A stretch of DNA of 64,000 bases, taken from assembly GCF_009914755.1 (NCBI RefSeq), contig NC_060935.1, one strand, 5' to 3'. This stretch comes from the human T2T-CHM13v2.0 reference genome, Homo sapiens. Every line of letters begins with the position of its first letter. Position 1 is the first letter of the stretch. A program made the position numbers and the translations under genes. Below the pieces are notes generated by a model, which worked only from the letters and a program-made list of their open reading frames with translations, was not told the DNA's origin and made no database searches. Below, one piece after another: positions 14,560 to 29,210 of this stretch.

Positions 14560-16112
14560 TTAATAAGCGAGGTTGCTGATGTTAGGACCCTTTTAAAGTA
14601 AACCCTTTATTTTGAGATAATTGTAGACTCGCATGCAATTGTGAAAAATATATAGTGAGGTCTCAAATACTCTTTACCAGTGTTTCCTCAAATGGTAACC
14701 TTTTACAAAACTATGTACAAATTATAGCCAGTGTAGTGACACGAATACAGTCAAGAACAGAGCAGCTCCACCACCACAAAGATCCTTCATGTTTACTTTT
14801 TATAGCATTCGCTTCCCTACCCACTACGTCCCTGACCGCTGACAACCACTAACCTGTGCTCCATTCCTATAAATTTGTCACTTCAAGAATGTTCTATAAA
14901 TGGAACTATACAAATATGGCTTTCCGGGTTTGGCTTTTTCACTTAGCATTATTCTCTGGTGATTTATATAGGTTGTTGGCTGTATCAATATCTCTGTCCA
15001 CTGATATGGATATACCATCCATTGAAGTTTAAACATTGACCAATTGAAGGATGCCTGATCTGATTCTGGTTTTTGATTATGCCAAATAATTCTGCTGTGA
15101 ACATTCTAGAACTTTTTGTGTGTGTAAGCAGAAGTTTTCATTTCTCTAGGATAAATGCCAAGGAGAGTGATTGCTGTATTGCATGATAGTGGAAAATGTA
15201 GTTTGGCAATTTTTTTTTCCACCAAGAAACCTTATTAACATTGTCTCCTGGAGTGGCTAGGTTATTTTACATTTTCATGAATAATGTATAAATGACTGGT
15301 GGTGGTTTTATTTATTTATTTATTTTCTTATTTTAGCCATCCTGCTAAGGATATAGTGCTATCTCACTGTCGTTTTAATTTGCATTTCCCTGGTGGCCAA
15401 TAATGTTGGAATTTTTTTATGTGCTTTATTTTTCATCAGTATATTCCCTTCAGTGAAATGTCTGACCAGGACTTTGCCCATATACTAATGAGCATTCTTT
15501 TTAACCATTGAGTTTTAAGTCTTTCTATATTCTAGATAGTAATCCTTTGTTGAATACGTGGTTTGCAAATATCTTCTCCCAGTCTGTAGCTTATTTTTTG
15601 TTGGTTTTCTTTAATTCTTTTAGGGTCTTGTACAGAGCAGTTTTTAATTTTGTTGAAGCTCTATTTATAATTTTTGTCCTTTTATTAATCTTGTGTTTGG
15701 TGTCAAATTTAAGTGTTCTTTTCCTAGTCCAAAGTCATGAAAACTTTGTTCTATTTTTTCCTAAAATTTTAAAATAATTTCAAGTTGTACATTTAAGTCC
15801 ATGATCCAGCTTGAATTATGAGGTTTAGGTTGAGATTCTTGTCTTTTTCCTTTGCCCACTGATGATGACTTACTCCAATATCACTTATTAAAAAGGCTAT
15901 GAATTGAATTGTTTTAATACCTTTGTCAAAAATCAGTTGGGCATATTTATATGGTTTTATTTCTGAGTTTTTTGTTCCGTTCCATTGATCTGTGTCTATT
16001 CCTCTGCCAGTATAACATATTGTGGACTACTGTAATTATGTAATAAAACTTGAAACCAGGTAGACTGACTTATTTTTCCTCTTCAAAATTGTTTAGCTAG
16101 TCTAGTTCCTTT

Positions 16113-17482
16113 TTTTATTATTATTATACTTTAAGTTTTAGGGTACGTGTGCACAACATGCAGATTTGTTACATATGTATACATGTGCCATGTTGGTGTG
16201 CTGCACCCATTAACTCTTCATTTAGCATTAGGTATCTCTCCTAATGCTATCCCTCCCCCTTCCCCCCACCCCACAACAGTCCCCAGTGTGTGATGTTCCC
16301 CTTCCTGTGTCCATGTGTTCTCATTGTTCAACTCCCACTTATGAGTGAGAACATGCGGTGTTTGGTTTTCTGATCTTGTGTTAGTTTGCTGAGAATGATG
16401 GTTTCCAGCTTCATCCATGTCCCTGCCAAGGACATGAACTCATCATTTTTTATGGCTGCATAGTATTCCATGGTGTATATGTGCAACATTTTCTTAATCC
16501 AGTCTATCGTGGTTGGACATTTGGGTTGGTTCCAAGTCTTTGCTATTGTGAATAGTGCCGCAATAAACATATGTGTGCATGTGTCTTTATAGCAGCATGA
16601 TTTATAATCCTTTGGGTATATACCCAGTAATGGGATGGCTGGGTCAAATGGAATTTCTAGTTCTAGATCCCTGAGGAATTGCCACACTGACTTCCACAAT
16701 GGTTGAACTAGTTTACAGTCCCACCAACAGTGTAAAAGTGTTCCTATTTCTCCACATCCTCTCCAGAACCTGTTGTTTCCTGACTTTTTAATGATCACCA
16801 TTCTAACTGTTGTGAGATGATATCTCATTGTGGTTTTGATTTGCATTTCTCTGATGGCCAGTGATGATGAGAAATTTTTCATGTGTCCGTTGGCTGCATA
16901 AATGTCTTCTTTTCAGAAGTGTCTGTTCATATCCTTCACCCACTTTTTGATGGAGTTGTTTGTTTCTTTCTTGTAAATTTGTTTGAGTTCATTGTAGGTT
17001 CTGGATATTATTAGCCCTTTGTAAGATGAGTAGGTTGAAAAAATTTTCTCCCATTCTGTAGGTTGCCTGTTCACTCTGATGGTAGTTTCTTTTGCTGTGC
17101 AGAAGCTCTTTAGTTTAATTAGATCCCATTTGTCAATTTTGGCTTTTGTTGCCATTGCTTTTGGTGTTTTAGATATGAAGTCCTTTCCCATGCCTATGTC
17201 CTGAATGATATTGCCTAGGTTTTCTTCTAGGGTTTTTATGGTTTTAGGTCTAACATGTAAGTTTTGTATCCATCTTGAATTAATTTTTGTATAAGGTATA
17301 AGGAAGGGATCCAGTTTCAGCTTTCTACATATGGCTAGCCAGTTTTCCCAGCACCATTTATTAAATAGGGAATCCTTGCCTCATTGCTTGTTTTTCTCAG
17401 GTTTGTCAAATATCAGATAGTTGTAGATATGCTTCTTTTGGTCAGGTTTGTCAAAGATCAGATAGTTGTAGATATGCGGCAT
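16113..17482 (-). mobile_element. L1PA (L1PA4/5-like), 5'-truncated, ~1.37 kb
   Basis: Antisense 3' UTR plus ORF2; TSD TCTAGTTCCTTT at 16101-16112 and 17483-17494. Confidence 0.95.
16328..17191 (-). pseudogene. Broken L1 ORF2p C-terminal remnant (Cys-rich region)
   Basis: Track ORFs [31 protein letters not shown]... and ...[16 protein letters not shown]...[10 protein letters not shown]; no EN/RT domains and no promoter. Confidence 0.9.
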
Positions 17483-19059
17483 TCTAGTTCCTTTACCTTT
17501 CCACATGCATTTTAGAATAATCTTGTCTATATATAGAAAAAGCCTGTATACTTTGTAGATTTATACGCCATTTTTTAGTGATTGTAAATGGTAATTTTTT
17601 TATTTTCAATGTCCATATGCTCATTGCTAGTATATAAAAGTACATTTGATTTTTATGTTTATCATGAATACTGAAGCTTTGCTGAACTCACTTGTCAGTT
17701 TTAGGAGTATTTTTGTAGATTCCTTGGGATTTTCTATTTAGACTGCCATGCCATCTCCTAATAGAAACAGTTTTATTGCTTCATCTCTAATCTTAGTTTT
17801 ACCTTTTATTTACTTTTATTGCCTGTTGCACTGGCTAGAACATCTAGTGCTATTTTGAATAATGGGAAGATTGGTCAGCCTTGCCTTGTTCTTAAACTTA
17901 GACTAAAGCATTTGGTCTTTCAATATGAAGTATAACATTTACTGCTGGTTTTTTGGAGATGCTCTTTATCAAGCATCAAGCTGGGTAATTTCTCTCTATT
18001 CCTGTATTCTTGAGAGTTGGGTTTTTTAAATCAATGAATTTATGTTGAATTTTATCAAATGGTATCTCTGCATTCATTGATATGATCATGTCATATGGTA
18101 AATTACATTGATTGATTTTCAAATATCACTCCCACATCGCATCCCTGGAATAAACACCACTTGGTCATGGTGTATAAACTGCTGAATTCATTTTTATGTA
18201 CTACTGAATTCTACATAATAATATTTTGTTAAAAATTTTTGTGGTTATATTTGCAAGGTAGTTTCTCCCTCCCTCCCCGCCTTCCTTCCTTCCTTCCTTC
18301 TTTACTGCTCGCTTCTCCTCTCTCTCTTTACTATTTTTCTTCTCTCTCCCCCTCTCATATTTTTCTTCTCCCACCCCCTCTCATTTATTTTTTTTTGTTA
18401 TTAGTTTTCATACCAGGGAATACTTTCTTTGGTTTTGGTATCATGAATGTACTACATTCATAAAGCATATTGAGAAGTATTCCCTACTCTTCTCTTTTCT
18501 GAACGAGAATGTATAAAATATATTTGAACTCTTCCTTAATGCTTGATAAATTTCTCTGGGGAAACCATCCTGGTCTGGAGATGACTTTTTTGAGTTTACA
18601 TTATAAAGTCAATGTCATTAATAGTTATAGGATGTTGAAGTTATCTATTTATATTTAAGTATTTGAGTAAATTGTGATTGTCTGTGCATTTCATGGAATT
18701 GATTAATTTCCTCAAAGTTGTCAAGTATGTGTTTGTAGAGCTATTTGTAGTATCCCCTTACTATTCCTTCAATATTTGAAGGCTCTCTATTGATGTTCCA
18801 CATTTCACTCATGTTGGTGGTAATTCATGAATTCATGTCCTCTCTCTCCCTGTCTCATTTTTTTCAGTCTTCTTAGAGGATTGTCAATTTTACTGATTTT
18901 TTTTAAATGAAGTAACTTGATTTTCTCTATTTTTTGTTTTCAAGTTTATTAATTTTTGTTATTATATTTATTGTTTTCTTTCTGTTTGCTTTGCATTTAT
19001 TTTGCTCTTTCTTCTGAGGTGGAAAGTAATGCTACTGATTTAAGATTTTTCTCTTCTTT

Positions 19060-19403
<344 letters not shown>

Positions 19404-20696
19404 TAATGCTATTCATTTCTCAGCACTGTGTTAGCTGTGTTCCACAAGTTTTGTTATAGTGTCAACTTAGTTCAATGATTTAAAAAAGTTTTATCTTGAT
19501 ACTTCCTTTTTAGCATGTAGATTATTTAGCAGTGTATTGTTTAATATCTATGTGTTTGAGATTTTCTTGGTATATTTCTGTTACTGATTATGTTTTGATT
19601 CCGTTGTGGTCAAACAACACATTCTGCATGATTTCAAGTCCTTCAAGTTTGTTGTGGTTTGTTTTCTATCTTAGTGTATGTTCCAAAGGCACGTGAAAAA
19701 GAAGAACATATTCTTCTGTTGGATGGAATGTTCTATAAATGCCAATTAGATGTTTTACTAGATATGTTTGTCTATATCGTTATTGATTTTATGTCTAGTT
19801 CTATCAATTTTTGAGAGAGTGGCATGGAAGTACCCCACTAAAATGTGGTTTTGTCCCTTTTTCTTTTAAATTGTATCAGCTTTTGCTTCACATTACTAGA
19901 AGATTTGTTGTTGGTTGCATATAACTTTAGGATTGGGTTGTCCTCTTTTTTATCATTCTATAGTATAATGACCTGATGTATCATCATTCAAATTTGGCAA
20001 GTAATTAGTTGCAGCCATAGATAGTGTCAGAATTGTTATAACTTGATTTGTGTTGCATGGCTTATGAAGCCCAAGTACACCAAATACCATTTCTTCTCTT
20101 CAGAAGTGCTCAGAGATGTCCTTTGGAAGTTTATCAGTATTGTTCTTCTCCAAAGGAAGATCATATTTCTCATGGATTTCAGAGATAAAGACACAGCTGT
20201 AATCAAATTGTGTGTATAGAAAATAGGCCATTTTGTAGTAAAATTCTCCCACAGGGTTTATCATGCTGAGTTGAACTGTGAAACTAATACGTTGGGTGAT
20301 AATTAAAACTGTCCTAAAAAATGTGAAGCTGTAAGATCTCATACAAGCATACATTTACTTTGACTAGCAGCTATATACTATTGTTTCTCTGTGAGGTTTT
20401 TCTTTTTTTTTTCTTTTCTTTTTTCTTTCTTTGGTTACGGTTTTGATGACCATTTCTGAGGGAGATGTCAATTTCTGGAAAGTCTTTGGATGAAGGGTAC
20501 AGGTGAGGAAAGCAGCCATATGGTTCTTCCTTTTTCCATGCCCAGAGCCCCAGTATGTAATCATTCTTCTTATACATTTGTAGATATTTTATTTGGAATT
20601 TCAAGATTTGAGTTTTGCTGCATACCCTTCATATGTTTGATACAACCTATATACCATTTTTCAATCATATTATTAGAAATGAGAACTGATATTTAG

Positions 20697-21155
<459 letters not shown>

Positions 21156-21947
21156 ACTGACCTTATTTTAACTCATATGTTCACTTTTGCTCTGTACAAC
21201 CAATTCTTGCTGGATCTCTTATTTCATATCTTGTTACATGTGGGTGCTATAATAACTGTCTCCTATTCTCTCCTCAAATTACTCTATGGTTTTTAAAGCT
21301 TAGTTTCAGTATCATCGTTGTTCTGGGAATTTTTCTAACCAGGCTCATGCTCACAATTCTCAAAGGTTAGGAGCTCTACAGCTAGACCATTTTGCTCATT
21401 TCTTTATCTCCAGGGTTTGGCAATTTATAGGTACATAATAAACATTCTTTAAATAATTTCATTTTAGTTATGGTTATGGGAAGGAATGAAAGCATAGGTA
21501 AACATTATGAGGATAAACTAAGAGACAAGCTATAGGTGAAGCATTCCCTAAAACAATTAAGATAACTAAAACCATAACATACAGTAACAGGAAAACTCTA
21601 TAGATATCAGTAGAACTTCACCCCCTACCAGTCCTTGGATCTTGATCTTATGGAACCTCATACACACTTGAGACAATGGTTTTGTAAAAAAACAAAACAA
21701 AACAAATCAAAAAGAACTTTCTGATATAAAGTAAATTAAAATCTTAACCTGAGTTAAATCCAAATCATCCCGGGAACACCAACGAAGTGTTTTACTGTTT
21801 TTTTTTGTTGTTGTTTTGTTTTTCTGTAATGCTTTAATTCAGTGGCTTTCAAAGAATGACCATGGCTAACTCTGGTGTCTCCAAGATTCTCTCAGAGGAT
21901 TCACAATGTCTATATTATTGTCATATCAATACTTTGAAGCAATTGTA

Positions 21948-21980
21948 ATATATATATATATATTATATATATATATATAA
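21948..21980. repeat. Interrupted (TA)n
   Basis: atatatatatatatattatatatatatatataa. Confidence 0.9.
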
Positions 21981-22420
21981 TCAGTTAAAGTGATAAATAA
22001 TAATAATGGGTTTTTGTGTCAGGCACCTTACCAGGTACTTAAAAATACTTTCTCTCTTTTTGTGAAAAATGCTATTGGAATTTTGATAGGGATTGCATTT
22101 AATGTGTAGATTGCTTTGAGTAATATTAACATTTTAACAATATTAGTTCTTCTAATCCATGAACTCAGGATATCTGTTAATTTATTTGTGTCTTTTTTAA
22201 ATATCTTTCATCAGTGTCTCATTGTTTTCCTTGTATATATCTCCTACCTCCTTGGTTAAATATATTTCCAAGCATTTAATTCTTTTTATAGTTATTTTAT
22301 AATCTTATTTTCTATTGTAAATAAAATTATATTCTTATTTTTTTGGGGGGATAGTCCATTGTTAGTGACTGAATGCTGCTGATTTTTGTATATTGCTTTT
22401 ATATTATAAAACTTTACTGA

Positions 22421-22740
22421 GGTTGGTACAGTGCTTTGTATCAGTAATCCCAGTACTTTTGGAGGCCAAAGCGAGAGAGCTGCTTGAGCCTAGGAGCTTG
22501 AGACCAGCCTGGGCAACATATGGAGGTAACTACAAAAAGTCAAAAAAAACTGGTTGGGTATGGTGGCTCATGCCTGTCATTCCACTTACTCAGGAGGCTA
22601 ACGTGGGAGGATCACTTCATCACTGCATCTCAGGGCTGCAGTGAGCCATGATTACATCACTGCACTCCAGCCTGGACAACAGAGTGAGACCCTGTCTCAA
22701 AAAACAAACAAACTAAAAACACCAGAAATAAAACCAGAAA
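22421..22740 (+). mobile_element. AluJ (Jo/Jr-like), highly diverged
   Basis: cttgagcctaggag, ggctgcagtgagccatgat, gagaccctgtctc; TSD aaaa(c/a)tttactga at 22408-22420 and 22741-22753. Confidence 0.9.
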
Positions 22741-23165
22741 AAAAATTTACTGAATTCATTTATAGTTCTCATATCTTTTCAGTGGAGTCTTTAGGGTTTT
22801 CTATATATAATATTACATTACCTTTACACAAAAACAGTTTATCTTTGAGAACCAAAAAAAGACTCTGAATAGCCAAAGCAATTTTGAGGAAGATCAAAGC
22901 TGGAGGCATCACATTCCTTGATTTCAAACTATATTACAAAGCTACTATAATTTAGAACGTATGGTACTCAGTTGAAAACAGACATATTTACTAATAGCAC
23001 AAAATAGAGAGACCAGAGTTAAACACACATATATGGTCAACTAATCTTTAATAAGGGTACCAAGAACACACAATGATGGAAGAAAAGTCTCTTCAATAAC
23101 TGCCACTGGGAAAAATGGATATCCATATCCATATAGAAAAGAATATGAAACTGGACACTTGTCTT

Positions 23166-23468
23166 TCTTTTTTTTTTTTTTTTTTTGAGACAGAGTCTCA
23201 CTCTGTCCTCCAGGCTGGAGTGCAGTGGCACGATCTTGGCTCACTGCAAGCTCTGCCTCCTGGACTCATGCCATTCTTCTGCCTTAGCCTATGGAGGAGC
23301 TAGGACTACAGGCACCCACCACCATGCCCAGCTAATTTTTTTGTATTTTCAGTAGAGGCGGGGTTTCACCGTGTTAGATAGGATGATCTTGATCTCCTGA
23401 CCTCCTGATCCGCCCACCTGAGCCTCCCAAAGTGATGGGATTACAGGCATGAGCCACCACGCCAGGCC
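23166..23468 (-). mobile_element. AluY
   Basis: gcaagctctgcc, atgccattc, gtgttag; TSD tggac(a/t)cttgtctt at 23152-23165 and 23469-23482. Confidence 0.92.
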
Positions 23469-23902
23469 TGGACTCTTGTCTTACATACAAAAATTAACTA
23501 GAAGTGGATTAAAGACTTAAATATGAGATGTGAAAACATAAAACTTCTATAGGAAAACTAGAGGGAAAGATTCTTGAAATTGGTCTTCCCAGTGATTTTT
23601 GGGGGAGGATATGATACCAAGAGTGCAAGCAAAAAAAAAAAAAAGCAAAAATAAACTCATCTGAATATATTAAACCAAAATTTCAGTACAGCAAAGGAAA
23701 CAAGCAACAAAATAAAAAGGCAACCTATGGCTTGGAAGAAGATATTTGCAAACCACATATCTAGGAAGGGATTAATACCCAAAATGTATAAGGGACCCAT
23801 ACAACTTAGTAGCAAAGAACAAGTAACCCAAATAAAAATAAGCAAAAGAGTTGAATAAACATTTTTTCCCAAAGACTTCTTTCCAAAGAAAATATACAAA
23901 TG

Positions 23903-24560
23903 CAAAATTATAGTATAAAATCACCACCAGGATATTGACATTAATACAGTTAAGAAAGAGAAGTGTTCCATCACCACTAGGAAACCTCATGTTATCCTTT
24001 TATAGCCACGCCCACTTCCTCCATTTTCTCTTTTTTCTGAACCTTGTCAACCACCAATCTGTTCTCCATTTCTATAATATTGTCATTTCAAGAATGTTGT
24101 ATAAATTGAACCATACAATATATGACCTTTGGCTTTTTAACTTAGCATAACTCTCTAGAGATTATATTAGTTGTTGTATATATTAGTATCAATAGGTTGT
24201 TCTTTTTTGTTACCTAATAGTACTCCATGAGATGGATGTACCGTAGTCATTTAAACGTTCATCCATTTAAGGATATCTGTAATAAGCCTGCCATAATCAT
24301 TTGTGTACACATTTATATGTAAATATAATTTTTCATTTTTTAGGATAAATGCCCAGGATTGCAATTGGTGGGTTGTATGGTAGTGGAATGTTTATTTATT
24401 ATTTATTATTGTTAAGAAACTGCCAAAATGTTTTCCAGAGTTGGGCATACCATTTTATACTACCATCAGCAATATATAAATGATTGATGTTGTAATTTTG
24501 CATTTTAGACACACTAGCAGTTATGTTTTGATAACTTACTCTGATTTTCACTTGTATTAT
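23903..24560 (-). mobile_element. L1MC1-like 3' fragment
   Basis: caccaccaggatattgacattaatacagttaag...; same family as the 14605 element. Confidence 0.8.
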
Positions 24561-24584
24561 TTTGTTAGCTAACCCTATTGGACA

Positions 24585-24741
24585 TAGATTGATGTGCATA
24601 CTTGCATCTGCAAGCGTCCATACAGTAGAAAAGGACAAACAATGCTTTAGTATTGCTATGATAATAATACTGACATTGCAGATCCTCTGAAAGTGTCTTG
24701 GGGACACCAAAGGCATCCTTGGCCATGTTTGAAAACTGCTT
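24585..24741. mobile_element. hAT-Charlie (Charlie1-like) terminal fragment
   Basis: aaaaggacaaacaatgctttagtattgctatg...catgtttgaaaactgct, a hAT-type end. Confidence 0.6.
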
Positions 24742-25826
24742 AATTTAAACTTACTATGGAAAAGTGAAACATTTGGTGTTCTTGGTATGATTAGGACTTC
24801 ATTTTGATTAATAATTTTTTATGTCAGAAAGTGTTGTTTATTAAAACATAGTCCCAAGCATACATGAGGTTTCATGAGATCAATATACAAGGACTCATGG
24901 GGTAAGCTCTACTGAGATCCACAGACAATAAATTGTGCCTTTAGTTATCTTGATTGCTTTAGGGAATGCTTCTCTAATAGCTTGACTCTTAGTTTATACT
25001 CAGAAGAATCACCTATAATTTTATCCATTCTCTTAATTATGACTGAAATGAAGTCATTCTAAGGATTTTTATTATGTACCTAAAATCTGCCAGAGTCTGG
25101 GGAAAAATAAATAAACAAAATTGGTTATATATGTAGGAGCATGAGTTATGGCATCTAACCTTTAGAATTGTGGTATGAAAATAGTTTTTCCAGAGAAATG
25201 ATGATACTGCAACCAAATCTTAAAAAACATGGTGAGATTAAGAGAACTGGGTGTGAGAGTGGGATGGCAGGCTTTATTCCTTTAGAGTGGCATTTATGGC
25301 TCTTGTGTATTTATTTCTTAGACTGGACCTGGTATCAAAGGACCATTAATAAATGATTAAGCAGAATGGAGTAAAATTGAGTACCAGATTGATGATACAC
25401 ATAATAGTGTGATTAGAAAAAAAGTGAGTCAAATTATTAAAATGGCATTCAAAAATATCATTGATAACAACATAAGATTTATTTTCATAATTTGCCAGGT
25501 GTGTGTTCTTGAGATTTGAAGAAATTAGATGGAATGATTCTTTAGTATATGATGCCCTGGAAAATGAAAACATCCAAGTGCTCTCTCTCTGTTTCCCCAG
25601 CAGTGCTGTAATTCAAATAAATACCTTTCTTTCTCCTATAGCTTTAATAAACCATTTGAATGTTACATAAACTTTTAACCCTTTTTGATTAAAAATATAT
25701 AGGTCTTACAAGTTTAAAGTGAATATCATTTATTCTAATTTTATAATCTTTATTTAAATTTAGGAAGGTAATTATCAGAGTTAAGAGAATAAAGATATGG
25801 CTAACTAGCGGCATAATATACATTTA

Positions 25827-27013
25827 TAGTCATATGTCACTTAACAATGGAAATACTTTCTGAAAAATGCAACGTTAGGCAGTTTCATCCTGTGAACATC
25901 ATAACGTGTACTTACATAAACCTAGATGGGATAGCCTACGCTACACTTACACTATGTGGTATGGCCTATTTCTCCTAGGCTACAAATCTGTACAGCCTAT
26001 TACTGTAGTGAAAACTATAGGCAATTGTAACAAAATGTAAAGTGTTTACATGTATAAACATAGAAAAGGTACAGTAAAAATACAATATAAAAGATAAAAA
26101 ATGGTACACCCGTATAGGGCATTTACCATGAACGAAGCTTGAAAGATTAGAAGTAGCTCTGGTGAGTTGGTGAGTGGCAAGTGAATGTGAAGGCCCAGGA
26201 CATTACTGTGTACTACTGTAGACTTTATAAACACAGTAAACTTAAGCCATACTAAATTTATTAAAACACCTTTTTTCAATAATAAACTTACTGTAACTTT
26301 TTTACTTTATAAACTTTAAGTTTTTGATTATTGTAATAACAGCTTTAAACACAAACATATTGAAGAGCTGTGCACAACTATTTTCTTTATATTCCTTTTC
26401 TATATGCTTTTTAATATTTTTAAAAGTTTTTATTTTTCAACTTTTTGTTAAAAACTGAGATAGAAACACACACATTAGCTTCGGTCTACAAAGAATCAGG
26501 ACCTGTAAATATCACTGTCTTCCACTTTTCTCACTGTAAAATCTTTAGGGGCAATAATGTGCATGGGGCCATTACCTCCTATGGTAAAAATGCCTTATTC
26601 TGGAATATGTCCTGATGGATTGCCTGGGGCTGTTTTACAGGTAAGTTTTTTCACAAGCAGAAGGAGTATACTCTAAAATAATGATAAAAAGTATAAAGTA
26701 TATTATCAGAAGTACATAAATTAGTAACATAGTGATTTATTGTCATTAACGAGTGTTAGGTACTGTATGAAACTGTATGTGTTAGATTTTATGAGATATT
26801 AAAAAAAAGACTTTTGTGAGACTGGCAGCACAGGAGGTTTGTACACCAGCATCACCACAAACACCAGTGATGAGTTGCACTATGACATTATAATAACTAT
26901 GACATCACTAGGCAATAGGAATGTTTCGGCTTCATTGTAATCTTATGGGATCACCTTTGCATATATGATTTGTTGTTGACCAAAACATTCTGGCAATAGG
27001 TGGTGCATAACTG
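25827..27013. mobile_element. Tigger3b (Golem/MER7-type) TcMar-Tigger DNA transposon
   Basis: TA TSDs at 25825-26 and 27014-15; TIR-like ends tagtcatatgtcac / gtgcataactg; internal cttacataaacctagatgggatagcctac; ~1.19 kb. Confidence 0.9.
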
Positions 27014-27278
27014 TAGTTACTATGCACATGAACTCTTTAGGTGCCAATTAAGATAAATTTGAGAAACAACTAAGGAGACAATAGAGTTTTATTTGTGTGT
27101 GAATGTAAAGTAGTAAGAGAATTGCTATGAGGAAGAAAAAATTGTAATGATGTAATCCAACAGATTTATGTCAGTAGTCCAGACTTGTCTGTTATTGTTA
27201 TAGCATACACTTAAAAAATGTGAATTTGAATGCCTGGCCAAAGAAACATTGAAAAAGGAGGCTATATCATGCCCATAA

Positions 27279-27594
<316 letters not shown>

Positions 27595-28999
27595 AACTTC
27601 TATATAAGATGGAAATCAGTACAAATGTACTGATTTTAACAGTTAAAAATTAATATTCCTCTATAATTTGTATTTTCATTACATTTCTTTCACAAAATTT
27701 AATTATAATGTAAGATATACTTTTAAAAATTTATTGTGTGTGTGTAAAACAAAAAAATAGATAAATTGTGTGTACAGATACATGTATATATGTGTGTGTC
27801 TGTTTCCCTGTATTTTAAAAACCTGGACAGTGTTATTCTCATAAATAATTTAGTATTAAATTGATCAAAACATTATAACTATATTACAAATTAAAAGAAT
27901 TATTACACATAAAATAATTTGGCAATGACAAATTTTTATAAAATGGGTGGAGTTCTTTTTCCAAATGATTCATGGATCCATACATAAATATCACTTCCTA
28001 TTAGAATTGAGACTTATGTAAGCAAAAGGTTTATATATCACTTATTTGTATTTTTTAGATTGTTTTATAAATGTAAGGGCTATGAAATACTGTTTACATA
28101 AATGAACAAGTAGGCTAGAAGAAATTCTATTGCAGTGACATTGAATGTTTTTAATTCTTTCTATTTTCTAAAAATCACATGATGAACATGAGAAAATAAT
28201 TTTAGTGACCAGCTGATCATCTGTTGAATTTTCCTTCAATTTTGATAGAAACAAAAAATTGGAATCTATTTGACTTGCAGAAATATTGGTTACCCAATAC
28301 CAACAGCGGGATTTTGAAATGTCACTTTGCTTTCCCTAAGGTTTTTTACACGTTGGAGCAATACATCATAATAAATTGAGGATAGAAAATTCAAGTTATC
28401 TTGCATTGTAGGAATAAAAAAGGGAAGAAAAAACTAACATGGCTGATCAATATTAAGATACAGCTCAGGTTCAAACTTAATTCAGCCTCCTAGATGCCAA
28501 TTTCTCCTGTAGGCAATTTATTTGGCTGATCTAATTTAACCCTTATAGCTATCTCTGATATAAGGACTTATTCTAATTCTTCAGATCAAGAAAGTGAGGG
28601 CTATAGAAGGTAACCACAATTTGAGGGCAGAGCTGAGATACGAACTTCAGTTCAATGACTCCTGGTTCTATGTTCTTTTCACTTAAACATCAATTAGGGA
28701 TTTCAATTTTATAATCTGAAACTAAGAACCCAGTTGTTTATGGCAAGGTGGGGTGTAGAGAAATAATTTTTTTGTTTATACTATTTCTGACTAATAAATG
28801 TCTAAATCAGCCAGAACGAATGACTGTCTCTCCTTGACTCATAGTTTGGAGAGCAATCCTTTGGTAATCCATTCCAATGTTTTGTCTGTAAATAGCATAA
28901 AGATCACAATTAACTAGATTAAACTTCCATGTGAAATTTTTGCCATTTAAAAATTTAACTTTAAAGTATAATGATTCATTATTATTTTAATTTGGACAG

Positions 29000-29210
29000 T
29001 TTTGAGTCTAGGTTTGGAAGTCACAGACTTGTACATATTGATGTTTCGTTGAATGTGTGTAACACTAGATAAATTACCTAATGTCTCTGAGCTTCAGTTT
29101 CCTCATATTTAATATTTGGGTAATAAGGTTCATATAATGTTTTAATGCAATGGCATATCTAAAATATTAACAAAGTGTATGGCATAGAACAAACACGTGC
29201 ATATATTGAT
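29000..29210 (+). mobile_element. MIR
   Basis: gataaattacctaatgtctctgagcttcagtttcctcatattt. Confidence 0.7.

Larger units (their letters stand above)
22050..23903. mobile_element. Old L1 (L1MA/MB-like) ORF2 with internal inversion: antisense 22050-22844, sense 22846-23903
   Basis: Antisense tgtgaaaaatgctattggaattttgataggg...; sense gaaccaaaaaaagactctgaatagccaaagcaat...aaagctggaggcatcaca. Confidence 0.8.

Noticed and set aside
21685-21826. A-rich and T-rich tracts that could pair as a hairpin
   Set aside because: Low-complexity complementarity, common in AT-rich DNA
25827-27013. Possible domesticated transposase
   Set aside because: Non-autonomous Tigger3b-size element with no long ORF
28284-28299. 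TATTGG-TTAC-CCAATA inverted repeat
   Set aside because: Too short, spacing does not fit an NFI site, and it is expected by chance
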